A DNA stretch of 64,000 nt from Lytechinus pictus. Lineage: Eukaryota. The notes under the pieces are model-generated. The model did not search any database. It saw only the letters and a list, made by a program, of their open reading frames with translations, and had not been told where the DNA came from. Where the stretch lies: contig NC_087252.1 of assembly GCF_037042905.1 (NCBI RefSeq), positions 4,156,001 through 4,220,000 of the forward strand, read 5' to 3'. The position numbers and the translations under genes are program-made. Below, one piece after another: positions 12,401 to 46,062 of this stretch (position 1 is its first letter; the number at the start of each line of letters is the position of its first letter).

Positions 12401-15400
12401 TTTGTTTACAAAGGAAAAAAATTATGACACTGATGGATTTTCATAGAGTTACGATCGATTGGATCAATCGTAAATCTTTGTAAGACGGGGCCCTGGAGCT
12501 ATAGCAAATTATGACTTATATATGAAATATTATAACAACGGTTGTGGCAAGATAGACTTGAAATGTTCTCCAATAGGCTTGTATATAACCTTAATAGATG
12601 ATGTGATTATAATGCCTTAGAAACGGCTTTTGGCTTGTTGTATTTTAATTGTTTGTAAAGTCTAGCATAACTCTGTAAACAGGTTTTATGAAATACTCCC
12701 TGGTTACACTCAATCTCTTTCTCACAGATAACACCTTCTACTGTGTGGATGATTCTGTTCTATATTCTGGTATACTGGGCACTTCTGTAATCTATATTAT
12801 ATTAATCTCTGCTGGAGCAACAAAACTACCTTGACAAAAAAAGTTGCATGTTCAGGTTAGAGAGAGGGAAACCAAATCTGCCTTAAAACAGCTTGCGGTG
12901 TCCAAACTTTTTAATCAGTTGCAAATTTCTGTCACAGTTTTACAATTGTTAGATAAGTTTTAGCTGTAGCAAATCAGTTTACACTCCTTGTAGCAAAAAT
13001 ACATGTATATCAGCAATCAATTGCAAATGAACAATTAATTGCAAGACATAGATATATGATTGATATTGCCCCTCCCCCCAAAAAATAAAAATAAATAAAT
13101 AAAAAAGAAAAAAAAGCAATTGATAGCTAGTTTCTTGTGACCCCTGATTAGTGGCTTGGGTTAGGACATCCTGATTACACTTCAACTAATACATGTCCCT
13201 CAAAATTAAATTTGGAGATGTTTTGTTGCTCCAGTGAGAATATCTTCATAACTGACCTCTTTTTGTTTATTATGTTGTGTGAATTCCATTTCTTTAGATT
13301 CTTTGTCATTTTAAAATACCTCTTTCTACTTTTATTTCCATCCTTTGTTTGATTTGCTTGTTGCATGAATCCCTTCTTATTCTTATGGCTTTCACCTCTT
13401 CAAACTTAAAATGCATGCATACAAAATACACTCCTATTTATTAATACTCGTATCTAAAAAAATGTGTTAATAATGCCATTCTGTATTTCCTGCTTTCATT
13501 TGGACCTATTATTTTCATTTTTATTTTTTTCTTGCTGCCATTTCAAAATTGTACTCTCATCCGTTTAACTTTCTCATGAATTACTTCAACAAAAAATAAA
13601 AAATAAATAAACCTACTTATATCATTGTGCTTTATAACATTTCCAATGTTCTTGTACTATATTATGCCTTTCAACCTTTCTTCACCTTGTTAAAATCCTT
13701 TACACTTCTATTACTTCTTTCTGCATATTCCCATATTTATCTGTTTATCATTGCTTACATGCCCATTATACTGTCGTCAAATCCCATTTTTGAAATACCA
13801 TGCTGCAAATGTTTTCATGTGAATGAATGGTTATTTTCTTATATAATACCTTCCCTGGTATGCCTGTTTATATTGACCTTTGAATCATATGACCCCTTGC
13901 CCACTTTATAAATGACCCTTGAATTGTATGACCCTTGTCCCAATTTATAATGACCCTTGAAACTTATGCTCCCTTGCTCTATTCAAAAATGACCCTTGAA
14001 CTATGACGTCTTGGTCTATTGATGATTGAACGTTGAACTGTATGGCCCCTCCTCCATTTTTAAATGGCATTTGCACCATCCGACCCCTTGCCACATTCAT
14101 TGATGACATTTGATCCATGTGACCCTCATCCTCTTGCCCCACATGACCTTTTAAATCGTACAATCTCTTACCCCGTTCATGGATGAACTTTGACCCTTGC
14201 GACCTTTGCCCTCCTGCATGACATGACCCTTGAACTAATATCAGATTTTCCTACGGTGATTCCATTTCCGTTGCCACCACTGTGGACGACAGCGGCGGCT
14301 CACAGAAAGGTGTCTACGACCTCTCCATGGTCAACGAGAACTTTTCGCCGGACGAAACTGGGATGTCGTCCGACTCTGCGTACGATCTGGGTGGGGCTGG
14401 AGGAGGGAGGAGAGGAGATTCTCTAGAGGTGTCACCAAGGTCAGAAGCATCAGAAGGAGACGAGAAGGGGAAGAAGAAGAAAAGGAGATGGAAGGGCTTC
14501 CCTGATGTCATCTATAAAAAGTAAATTCTGATTATCATGTCCTAACTTTTTTTTTGTTGCTTTTTGTAATTTGTGTTTAGGTGTGAGGATTATTGATGAA
14601 AAGATGCTTGTGGGATTCTTGCAGGAAATACTTGGTTCTGAGCTTTGATAAAGCTTAGAGCCTGAGGCCCATATTCTGAAGTCGGGTTTAACTTAAACTC
14701 GGGTTTATAGTTGTGGTTTAAGTATGGGAAGCCAATTGTTACATAAATCACTAACGGTAGAGATATCATATTTCAGCTCATTTGGCTCTCAAATCATTCA
14801 TAATTGTCTAAGAAGTATATGTAGATTATTGTCTTCACCATAGATGAATCAGGAAAGAGCACAGTAAACATAAGAAACGTACAACTTAAAATAAAGATTT
14901 GATACTTTTGGCTTCCCATACTTAAACCACAAATTTAAACCTGAGTTTAAGTTAAACCTGACTTCAGAATACGGGCCTGAGAGTATGAAAGAGAGGGGGA
15001 GATAAAAGTAGTAGGGGAGTATCAGAGAAAAGGAGAGAGAATGGGATTGAAGGAAGAAAAGAGAAATTACCAGCTGCACTAACAACTCAGCCATTACAAC
15101 ACCACTCTGTAACAATCCGTTGAATGAATACATTTATTAATTCGGCATTCATGAATAATTCATGACAAATGTTTCTTCTCTTCTTTGTCTATTAGCCCTG
15201 ATAATCCTGGTGTAGTGTTGGTCAGTCAAGCAGTGATAGGAGATGTGTCCCCACCTCCGGTACAAGTCAATAAAGAAGAAGTCCTTTCAGAAGGTAACAT
15301 ACTCTACATGTATATGAAGTTTCTTCTTTTGTGTTTTTTTTTATGGGAGCCATGTCTGTTTTTCTTATATTTCAGTGAATGAGCGTTATCTTTGTATTTC

Positions 15401-16888
15401 ACTCCTTCTCTATACAGAACATGTACAGTACATGATGTTCTATCTCCTTCCTCCACTTTCTACTCCTTGCTCCTGTTTCTCTTCTTCTCTTCTTCTTCCC
15501 CTTCACCCTCTTCTCCTTCCCCCTCTTTTCCTTCCTCCTCTTCTGACTCTTCCTCCCTTTCTTCTCTTTCCTCTCCATCTACTTCACCTTCTCCTTATTC
15601 ACTTTCTCTATATTTATCTCATTTTCTCTGTCTTCTTCTTTCCTTTGAATTTTCTGATGCCTTCTGAATTTAATGAATATTAACCAGGTAAAAGGAGACT
15701 AAGTTGTAACTGGAATACACAAATTTTCCAGAACTATATTTTAAGCTATCATTATAAATATTTATTATCAATTATTATTGTGATTATTATTTTATGTCAA
15801 AGTGGCAAGAGGTTTGCCAAACGATATGTCCAAGTCCATAGCATTGATTTGCAATTATTTTATTGCACATCAATAGTCAGTTTTCTAGATTCTACACCAA
15901 GTAAATAATGGAAGCTCGAGAACACAAAAGTTGCTGTTTATTGACTATAAAAAAGATGATTTAATAAATTAAATTTAATATATGAACAAAGTTTAAATTT
16001 ACCTGTCAGATTGATAATGAAAATAAAATCACTGTGTTTAATATATCATATGATATCCAGAGATGTTGCTAATCAGTGGAGAATTTTTGGACGTTGAACC
16101 TGAAGGTCCAGGGTTCAAATCCCACTGCAATACTCAAGTCTTCCTGCAAGGCTTTTATCTATGTTTGCCACTTTTCACTTTGGTGAAGAAAATGTGTAAC
16201 TGGTAGGAAAAATTTACTTAAGGAAATCCCTTGAATGCTGCAGCATCCAGTAATAATATGCAGTGCTAAGAACATTCATGTATGAAAGTGTTGTTATATT
16301 ATTATTGTTATTGTCATATGAAATGTTAACATATTAAAAAAAATATCATTTATATATTCAGATGAGGCAGAGCAAAGCGAGCCAAGACCGTTAAGTTTGG
16401 CAGAGGACTCCCTTCCACTCAGTTTCGACTCTACATTCGATAGGTCAGTCGGAGTTGAGGAAAACATTTATGTTGAGGTTGGAGAAGCCGCTGCTGAGAG
16501 TCCTCCTCTCAACACAAATCCCCATGGCAACGAAGGAGACTCCAGAGGCCTGTCGCCCGAGTTCCCGGTCTTCCCGAACGCTGACGACAGCGTCAAGCTC
16601 TCTGACGATCTCCACGTTGACCGCAAGCTGATGAGAAAGATGGAGAGGAAAGCGGAGAGAGAACAGGAGAAGAAGGCGAGGAAGAAGGAGAGAGAGGAAG
16701 AGAGGAGGAAACAGAAGGAGACGGAGAGAGAAGAGAAGGAGAGGGATAAGATGTTTGGTGGAGGACGGAGGATGTCCGGTGGGATCGGGAAGATTTTCAA
16801 GAAAAAGAAATCAGATGAAATACCCTACCCCGAGACAAACTTTGGTATAACTACGGAGAGACAGGTCGAAAATGCTGGAATGTTTTAG
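354..16888 (+). CDS. Ig/FN3 type I transmembrane receptor or adhesion protein, 5'-incomplete (gene span, 14 exons)
   Basis: Exons 354-488, 1402-1536, 1988-2299, 3064-3354, 4081-4338, 5126-5416, 6859-6951, 9092-9301, 9789-9859, 10738-10954, 11386-11578, 14245-14520, 15196-15293 and 16362-16888 are all AG/GT bounded and phase-compatible (about 1035 codons). They encode 4 Ig domains (C...W...D.G.Y.C), 3 FN3 domains, a TM helix (IIAAIVCGILAVLLILALLSFGMLYW, then KRK) and a low-complexity tail. The architecture is Robo/CDON-like, but orthology is not established. Confidence 0.88.
1402..1536 (+). CDS. receptor exon, Ig domain C-half
   Basis: SNSSIVIDGLLETNTGEYTCIATNAAGS; cag acceptor, gtgaga donor. 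Confidence 0.88.
1988..2299 (+). CDS. receptor exon, Ig domain
   Basis: VPKFTTAPSN...IRCRADARETPIISWY...DEGWYLCLAENSAG. Confidence 0.9.
3064..3354 (+). CDS. receptor exon, Ig domain
   Basis: PPRVTS...LSCEIEGQPTPDITWF...HDGDFVCVLSNFLG. Confidence 0.9.
4081..4338 (+). CDS. receptor exon, Ig domain
   Basis: ITLRCQTKGAPTPTTTWQ...DVYSCVATNRYGS. Confidence 0.9.
5126..5416 (+). CDS. receptor exon, FN3 domain 1
   Basis: ITSTSLNLSWATP...YNVQYQ...VEGLQPYTGYWFRVQAVNGLGVGPFS (translated by hand; absent from the ORF track). Confidence 0.9.
6859..6951 (+). CDS. receptor exon, FN3 domain 2 N-part
   Basis: APSRPRSVEVAAVGNVITVTWSAPSRLNG. Confidence 0.85.
7255..8190 (-). mobile_element. partial Kolobok-type (TTAA) MITE interrupted by the LINE fragment
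   Basis: 7969-8190 and 7255-7280 are the reverse complement of about 39621-39860. Confidence 0.85.
7281..7968 (-). mobile_element. 5'-truncated CR1-group LINE fragment with (TTGAA)n tail
   Basis: ORF2 C-terminus (HKYNTRN...YTGPTVWNSLP...FKKNLK) homologous to 57403-57681; tail at 7281-7307; TSD ATAAAGT at 7274-7280 and 7969-7975. Confidence 0.9.
8412..8595. mobile_element. palindromic Harbinger-like MITE (CWG flanks) within a cluster of related copies at about 8245-8810
   Basis: GTTTCATAAAGCTGTTC...GAACAGCTTTATGAAAC arms, flanked by CCTGG/CCAGG. Confidence 0.75.
9092..9301 (+). CDS. receptor exon, FN3 domain 2 C-part
   Basis: IIYEVLTYP...IDSLEYVMDYEVKVRAGNSALREWS. Confidence 0.85.
9789..9859 (+). 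CDS. receptor exon, FN3 domain 3 N-part
   Basis: APTSAVENFSAKANSSSSIWLVWQ; cag acceptor, gtatgt donor. Confidence 0.85.
10738..10954 (+). CDS. receptor exon, FN3 domain 3 C-part
   Basis: YLISFR...YLIIGLPSGTPHGVRMAYQNAGGLSPFT. Confidence 0.85.
11386..11578 (+). CDS. receptor exon, transmembrane segment
   Basis: Hydrophobic helix followed by KRK. The acceptor is TAGCAG (NAGNAG), so the start could be 11383. Confidence 0.88.
12239..12492. mobile_element. Harbinger-like MITE, CTG TSD
   Basis: ctg-GGCCCCATCTTACAAAGA...TCTTTGTAAGACGGGGCC-ctg; a related degenerate element lies at about 41370-41522. Confidence 0.8.
13874..14235. repeat. degenerate minisatellite, about 10 x 39 bp (TGACCCTTGAA..TATGACCCCTTGCCC..)
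   Basis: Periodic TGACC(C/T)TTG motifs ending at the acceptor of exon 14245. Confidence 0.8.
14245..14520 (+). CDS. receptor exon, cytoplasmic
   Basis: Phase 2-2 exon FSYGDSISVATTVDDSGGSQKGVYDL...KKKKRRWKGFPDVIYK; GC-rich coding composition. Confidence 0.8.
14666..14977. mobile_element. Harbinger-like MITE, 3-bp TSD TGA
   Basis: About 70-bp TIR GGCCCATATTCTGAAGTCGGGTTTAACTTAAACTC.../...GAGTTTAAGTTAAACCTGACTTCAGAATACGGGCC. Confidence 0.85.
15196..15293 (+). CDS. receptor exon, cytoplasmic
   Basis: Phase 2-1 exon PDNPGVVLVSQAVIGDVSPPPVQVNKEEVLSE; needed to link the phases of its neighbours. Confidence 0.75.
16362..16888 (+). CDS. receptor terminal coding exon
   Basis: Contains ENIYVEV and an E/K/R-rich helix; ends ENAGMF then TAG. 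Candidate AATAAA near 19958. Confidence 0.85.
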
Positions 16889-18078
16889 AATGACACTGAA
16901 CTTTGAATACTTCATCATGCACCTAACATGTGTAGTCCAGTCTGGTTTGACTGATTATTAAGTATTAGAGACACCGCCAACGTATTATCATGGGATAATT
17001 CTTGTAGTATTGCGTGTGTACGAGTATTCATTTTAAACTTTTTACAAGTTACATTAAATATCATCTCAAATGTTCATTGCATTATATGCATATCTGTGAT
17101 ACTTATATCCTTTTATTATTATTGCATTCCTTTGTATTTGTAGTTTGGTGAATATATTGTGTGATTGTTTGTTGCCGTCCATGTAAATGTTGAAAGCCTT
17201 TTTTGAGATTGAAATTACAATGCAGATTTATCTTGCCTATTGATGGATGTCTCTTTTTCATGTACCTTGATCATGTCAAAAAACTTATGTGCCCTGTCTG
17301 TTAAATTGTTTTTTTCTCTCTCTTATTTAAAGTGCTTATGCCCACATTAGGTGGTTGCCAATAGTATAATACTAGTAATCTGTGAGCTTGTCTGCCTGTC
17401 AATCTTATTTCGTTTTCGCAAAAACTAAAAATCCATTTAGCAGATCAATTTCGAACTTGGCCCAAGTATAAAAATATGAGCGATTAGATTTTATGTATAT
17501 TTATTGTTGGATGAATGTGTGACACAAACAGTGTACACTTGTGAAGCGTTAATTCCATAAAAATATTATAATAATCAGAAAAATGTCAAAATTTAAGATG
17601 CTTTTGAAATGGCACTAATACACCAGTTGGGAACTGAACCCCGGGTCACTGAATTATAAGACCAATACTCTACCAACTGAGCTATCACACCTTCTTGTGT
17701 GTTTCATGAGGCTATAAAATTTGCATTTCCCCCATTTTTATCTGGCGATATTTTGCGACCTTGAACCTTGAAGAAGTTCTCTCCCAAAAAGCGTACACGC
17801 TGTCCTGGAGAGATGATGACCTACATAGATGATGCTTTGATTAGGGTTGTGTTTTATAAACTTTTCACTGACAGTGTACATGTAATCTCTAAAGTGTGAA
17901 ATGTGTAAAGGGATGGTATCAATTCTAGATTAGGTACTATTGAATTGTCACTATTTAAAACGAGGAAAGGGAAGAAGAGAAGAAAACCTTGATGTTATGA
18001 ATCACCTTGAATTTCTACCTGCAATGTATCTCAATATCTTATTCTTTCATTTCTGCCTTTTTTACACTGAGTATAAAT

Positions 18079-18307
18079 CGTCGCCTTCCCGCACAAAGGC
18101 CGTTAGAGTGCACTGCGCGTCGCCTTCCCGCACAAAGGCCGTTAGTGCGCACTGCACGTCACCTTCCCATGGAAGGGCTGTTATCGTGCAGTGAACAGTG
18201 CGCGCTAACGGCGTCGTGCGGGAAGGCGACACGCACTCTCGCTAATGGCCCTTTCGCGGGAAGGCGACGCCGGTGCGCACTAACAGCCCTTGTGCAGGAA
18301 GGCGACG
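18079..18307. mobile_element. GC-rich foldback MITE, 4-bp TSD AAAT (Sola-like by inference)
   Basis: Three direct units of about 39 bp (CGTCGCCTTCCCGCACAAAGGCCGTTAG...) followed by three inverted units; AAAT on both sides. Confidence 0.75.
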
Positions 18308-19340
18308 AAATGTTGTATGTCCACAAAATTAAAAGCCCAGTGTTAAGTAAGATCAAGCTTAATCGTTTTTCAGCCAGTCAAAATACTCAGTAATGTATTA
18401 GTTTTCTTGAGGGCTGAATGGAATACCAGCCCTGTGGTATATCTGTTTATCATCATTACATTGTACATACTTTTATAATGTATGTTTGTTGTGATTTGTT
18501 TTATCTTTTGGCTGTGTTAATCACTGTGGTTAGGTTTGTCTAGTACTCAGCTGAATTGTTTCATTGTTTTATAGTGTCGCATAAAGTTGTCTTGTTTTTA
18601 TTATTCATGCATGGAGTTTGAATGTGTATACTAGTGTATATTTATCATATATTGGCTGATACATGTAAACCACCTTGATCATCTTATATATGTAGTGTAT
18701 TAAAGCAAATGTGTGTGTGTATTTTGTATTCTCTAAAGTCTATGCAAGAAGGAATTGTTATTTGCTATTCATTATTTTGTGTCTGTGACATCATGATCTT
18801 AAAGATATCCTATGAGCTGTATATGACTGGCTAGAACCTCTTCAAAACGTGAAAGCACTGCAACATTTGTGTACAAACACAGTTCGAGGCAAAAGATAAC
18901 AATTACATGTACTTGTATTTTGTCACCTAAGTTAAAAACGTAATGTTTATCAATAAAATTGTTCATTAATCTAGCACAAAAACGTCCTTTCCAAAGTTGC
19001 TTGGACAATCGTTTGTCATCACTTTGTATTAATTTTGATGTAAATGAGAGGGGAGGGGGGATGACTTTTTCCAGAAAACCTTAGACAAAAAAAGTGCTTC
19101 TGAAGATGGTAATGACCCTATTTTGCTTGTCGGAAAAAATTATAGACTTGAAAGCGGCTTAAATTTTTTCCATATATATGGGAGTGGACTGACGTTTATG
19201 AACTCTACTATAAGATGTCATTGAAACTTTTGCTTCATGAGGTTTTAGCTCTTCACAAAACATTAAATTAGTATTTGCTTTTTTTTATGTAGCACCCATA
19301 ATCTGTGCTTTGTATTTGCTACACTATTGAGTACTTACAT

Positions 19341-19623
19341 CAGGGTTCCCACAGAAATTTGAAAACAGAATTCCATGACTTTTCCATGACTAAATTGCTG
19401 CTTTCCATGACTTCCCGTGACCTCCCGGGAGTTAAATAGAATTTGGGATGTCACAAAACTGGGAAAAATGGAAATCATGAACACCAATTATAATAGCAGA
19501 GTATATGAGAATTGCGAGACACGACAAACTGGAAAGCTGCCATAGCCAAGAGGTAAATGCAATTCCATGACTTTTCCATGACCACAAGTTTTTCAAGGAT
19601 TTTCCAAGACTGTGGGAACCCTG
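19341..19623. mobile_element. hAT-like MITE
   Basis: CAGGGTTCCCACAG / CTGTGGGAACCCTG TIR with TTCCATGAC subterminal repeats; a degenerate relative begins near 10237. Confidence 0.75.
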
Positions 19624-21039
19624 TTACAGGTTACAATATAAATTCCAAGAAACATGTAAAAAAAAATGTTTGATCCGTAAGTTAAAGGGGGGGGGGGGGG
19701 ACTCTCCCTGTTTTTTTTTTTTTGGGGGGGGAGGGGTGGTACCTCGACTTGTTTTCATCAACAGTAATTGTAAACAATCGATTCTGTGGATTGAACTTTA
19801 TGTACTTTGTCGTTCTAAGATGTCAATTCATTTTCCTAATATTTAAGTTTTATTTTCCAGTGTGTCCTTTTAATCTACTGCTGCATATAAATGTGAATGA
19901 TTATATGTATTCATTGTTACAAGTGAATGAAATGAATTTAGATACTATGCAAATAGTAATAAACATATTTTGTAATGTATAAGAATTTTAACGACTTGAT
20001 GCTCTTTCTGTTTGTCTCTCAAAGTCTTAGGGTGGTACATTTGTAAAGCATTGATTAAGTTAACCAATCATCTTAGACCACGCTTTAAAAATATTGTTAT
20101 TGATGTTCAGTTTCCAATTTATTTTCCAAATATGAATGATATAAATCCTCTCGTTTAAAAAATGGCAATATCATTGTAGAATGAGTTTTTAAAGTGATCA
20201 TTTAACTTTGTTCTGATTTAAAAAATTCTCCTTTTTGTTCCTGAAAATGGGCTAAACATTAGGCTTATAGTGTAAAAATACCATCCCAAAAGTTTCAAAG
20301 TATTATATTTACAGGATCAATTTTAAAACCTTGGAGATGTAAACCAAAGTTTGAAAATAATTGGGAGTTGGTTTCAATGACTAGTGTATAGGCCTATACA
20401 GGGAATCTAGCTGTACACCACAACACATTATTTCTAGATGCATGAACACAGCCTGACCTACATACAGTGTGTACAAGGTATACACTGAATGTACAGTGCA
20501 GCTATATAGCGTGTGTATAGGAGATACACACAACAGAAGGCAGTCAAAATAGCCAACGGACTTTTTGAATTGGAGAAAACTGGTCATAAGCTGAACCCGT
20601 CTACTAGACGGTTCTCAAAATCAGGCTAATAAATTGCTACTTGTATCTAAATCAGAGTTTTTCATCCTATATTGTGGTCTGTTTCAGGGTTTTTGAGGAC
20701 AAATACAGGCACTCATACGCACGTTTCAACTCAGTTTGAGAATTTTTTTAATCAGCTGCTCACAAAGTTAAACGATCCCTTTAAATGATTTCATTTGGGA
20801 TCTTACCTTTTTTTTCTTGAATACAGAGTAAGGAGGATTAAGCTAGCATTTCATGGACTAAAATTCTTGTTTAGTCAGGACCATTATATCCAAGTTTAAT
20901 GATCAGAATACCACCCTAAGATTTCAAACATTTGATAATGAAACTTACCGTGATGATGGCAAATGGGGAAAATTCACTGTGCTGTATTGAATTGAGGTTT
21001 CATGATGTTTGCCCTGGCAACAATTATGCTGCTATAAAT

Positions 21040-21548
21040 CATAATGATCATAGTGAAGAACTTGTATAGAGGATAATGATCATGCCTGAAGAAGATCTAT
21101 ATTAGTTGAGAATCATAATTATCATGATGGAGAAGAAATTAGATGAGAATCATAATTATCATGATGGAGAATATATGAGATGAGAATCATAATTATCATG
21201 ATGGAGAACATATGAGATGAGAATCATAATTATCATGATGGAGAAGATATTAGAGGAATCATAATTATGATGGTGAAGAAATATGAGTTGAGAATCATAA
21301 TTATCATGATGAAGAAGATATTAGAGGAGAATCATAATTATCATGATAAAGAATATATTAGAGGAGAATCATAATTATCATGATGGAGAAGATATTAGAG
21401 GAATCATAATTATGATGGTGAAGAAATATGAGATGAGAATCATAATTATCATGATGAAGAAGATAATATTAGAGGAATCATAATTATCATGATGGTGAAG
21501 AAATATGAGATGAGAATCATAATTATCATGATGAAGAAGATTATATTA
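21040..21548. repeat. minisatellite, about 12 x 37 bp (GAATCATAATTATCATGATGGAGAAGATATTAGAG)
   Basis: Direct tandem units about 250 bp upstream of the GK ATG. Confidence 0.9.
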
Positions 21549-21796
21549 GGGTGCAATCTTATTATGTATACCCTCTCCCGCCTCAAAATAAAACAATACT
21601 TGACTTGCCCAAAGCACATCTATTTGATTTACGAGCAAAATCGAGGGGCTGTGGAAACAGATTTTTTTTTCTCTCTCCCTCTCTCTTTTATATCGATCGA
21701 GCAATATTTTCTATCGCAATCATATCGAAAGAAGGCGTTTTGGAGGTGTGTCTCTTGTCACGGCTGCGCGATTTCGTCTGATAAAACTTGATCAAA

Positions 21797-43665
<21,869 letters not shown>

Positions 43666-46062
43666 CTCATTTTCATCTGTGTCAATGTTGCTCTAAATCA
43701 TGCCATGTTTAATCTTAACTTTCCTTGCCTCTATTCGACTTACATGTATGAATGTTTTGTATAATGGGTGTTTATTTCAGTGAAATTTTTTTCAATAACA
43801 CATATGCCTGAATTCAGAAAGGTGAGTTTGAATCCATGGTCAGTTTAAACCTTATTTTGATTCATTTAATTCAGTGCAATAGTTGAGAAAGCACTTTAGT
43901 GAAAGTGTGCTTTTTCACAATATGCTTAAACAATGTTAGCAATTTAGGGTGCAGGATTAATGAGCCAACTGTTTTGAAATAATGAGTCCACTGTCTATCT
44001 TAACCATTGTGGCTCATTAATATAGTAACCTTAGTAACTAATAGACCAGTGGTAGTTCTAGCCAGGTTGAACACAATACCATTTCAGGGTCATATTGTTT
44101 ATGCACAATAGCCTCTAAAATCTATTGTGTCTAATCCGGCTAGATCTTTGCCTGTGACAGACATCAATTCAGCTCCGTGTGGCAAAAGGGTGCATTCATT
44201 ATTGGACCCTATCCAGCATACACATTGAATTACTTGAAATCACTTTTACAAGCCATGGTTTCAAACTATGGAGTAAAAAATGCCTTTGTGAATTCAGGCC
44301 AAAATGACTTAGGGCCTTTTCACATGTAAATCTTGAATCATCATTGTAATAATGATTGCGATTGTATTCTTGGCTGTGATTAGCATTCGTGATGCTAATC
44401 ATGTTCTAGTTTGGTTTCATACGTGCTAAATGTTCGTCCAGGGCCTTATTTTTCACTGGAATCATCATTCAAATTACGATTTTGGATAGCCCACTTTTAG
44501 TTAAAATCTGGCTTCATTTGTTTCAGCTGCTTGCATGTGTCACAAAACAAACAAAACCCATAACACCAATTCAAAATAGATTTTTTTTCTCGAAATTGTC
44601 ACTGAAGTGTTTCTCTTTTATTTTCAAATTCTATCTTAATAAACTTTATGTTGGAATGATCTTTCCTTTAACAAGATCTCAGCTCTAAGATACACAATTT
44701 AAGAAATTTGATAGACAATGTGAAATATACACCTGTATTGAGATATATATGATTGAAATATATATGATAGGGGTTTTTTGTGTTTTAAATTTGATGTGTG
44801 ATTTCTACCATGTAGACTTGTTTGGTGCTAAATCGAAAAATATAATACATGTATTCTTGAATAGTCATGAAGTGTGATTATTGTATTCTAGAGATTGAAA
44901 CATGAAATGTGTCATATTTGAATATGAATGTTATTTTCGATTGGTATTTACATGTAGTTCAATACGATTGGCAGTGTTAGCATCTCAGAAAATCTGTGAA
45001 TATAATGAATTCAATTTTTGTTCCTCATTTTACATGAAATGTGCGGTAAATAGAAAAATAGAGATATTGCCTATTCACATGAGACATACATGTAATTACA
45101 ATAACAGATTTTGTAATATATTAATTAGTAAATAACTGGATGATTTCAAACTTTTCAGATTATTGATCAAATGTATATCTCAAAGGATTGGTACATTGTG
45201 CCTTTACATTTATTACACTTGGCAAGAGTACATTATGGCAATACATTTTTTCAACTTTTTAACAATTTGTGAATGGTCATTATTCAAAGCATACATGATA
45301 CTCTGGTGCTTTTATTTTTGAAAGGTACCATTAGTCAATAGATTTATAATTTTCATCATCTAGAAATCTTAAGACAATAAATTTTCTCCTTTTAATATTC
45401 TCATTATTGCTCAAGCAATCACATTATCTTAATACAATCAATCGCGTGAGATTATTTCATACTGGCCTGCCACAACTTCAGCTATCTTTCGACCACGGAT
45501 TCATCTAAGTTTAAGTATGGATAACTAAATCCGTTGATTTTTTAAATCTTGATACACAATCCGCATTGAATCACATTGATCACATTGATCACAATCCGCA
45601 TTGATACACAATCCGCATTCAGGGCCCCATGGAAGACCACTACTTATTGGTGAATGGGCTACCCTGTCAAAATATCAGAAATAAATAAATAAAATAAATA
45701 AAATTGTTCCCGAGTTATTATTAAAACCTGCTGGAAATGAGAATTATGATTATAGATATCCATTGGCTTATGTAAAAAAGGATGTACAATTTTAATAACT
45801 TTACTATTATTTCTGTCATGGAACCATGGTGACACAACATATGCTCCTGCGACATTTGCTCCGGTCTTAATATCTCAGAGGTTGTACTGTTAGAGTTAGA
45901 ATTGCATATTGTTTTTGGTTCAGAATAATGTAATGATTAGGAGTAGGGTCTATTACTCTAGGAGGTTAGGTTTATGTATTGCTTAACGTGCAGATTTTTC
46001 ATCGGAGCAATTGTCGCCAGAGCAAATGTCATGGAACCGGATATACCATGGTAGTTATCACA

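Noticed and set aside
12729..12835. extra receptor exon after CTCACAG
   Set aside because: The required phase gives an immediate stop. A truncated isoform cannot be excluded, but nothing supports it.
15375..15683. Leu/Pro- and Ser-rich ORFs (also 33389-33709, 34474-34753, 37503-37862, 62261-62526, 63164-63415)
   Set aside because: Translations of simple repeats and purine/pyrimidine tracts.
354..16888. naming the receptor ROBO, DSCAM or CDON
   Set aside because: The N-terminus is outside the window and no diagnostic cytoplasmic motifs were seen.
17615..17690. tRNA gene on the minus strand (also the heads at 37141, 38780 and 46360)
   Set aside because: Degenerate stems or attachment to SINE bodies; these are SINE heads or pseudogenes, not supportable tRNA genes.
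21040..21548. CRISPR-like periodic array (also 47610-47865 and 13874-14235)
   Set aside because: The units are contiguous tandem repeats without unique spacers, the context is eukaryotic, and there are no cas genes.
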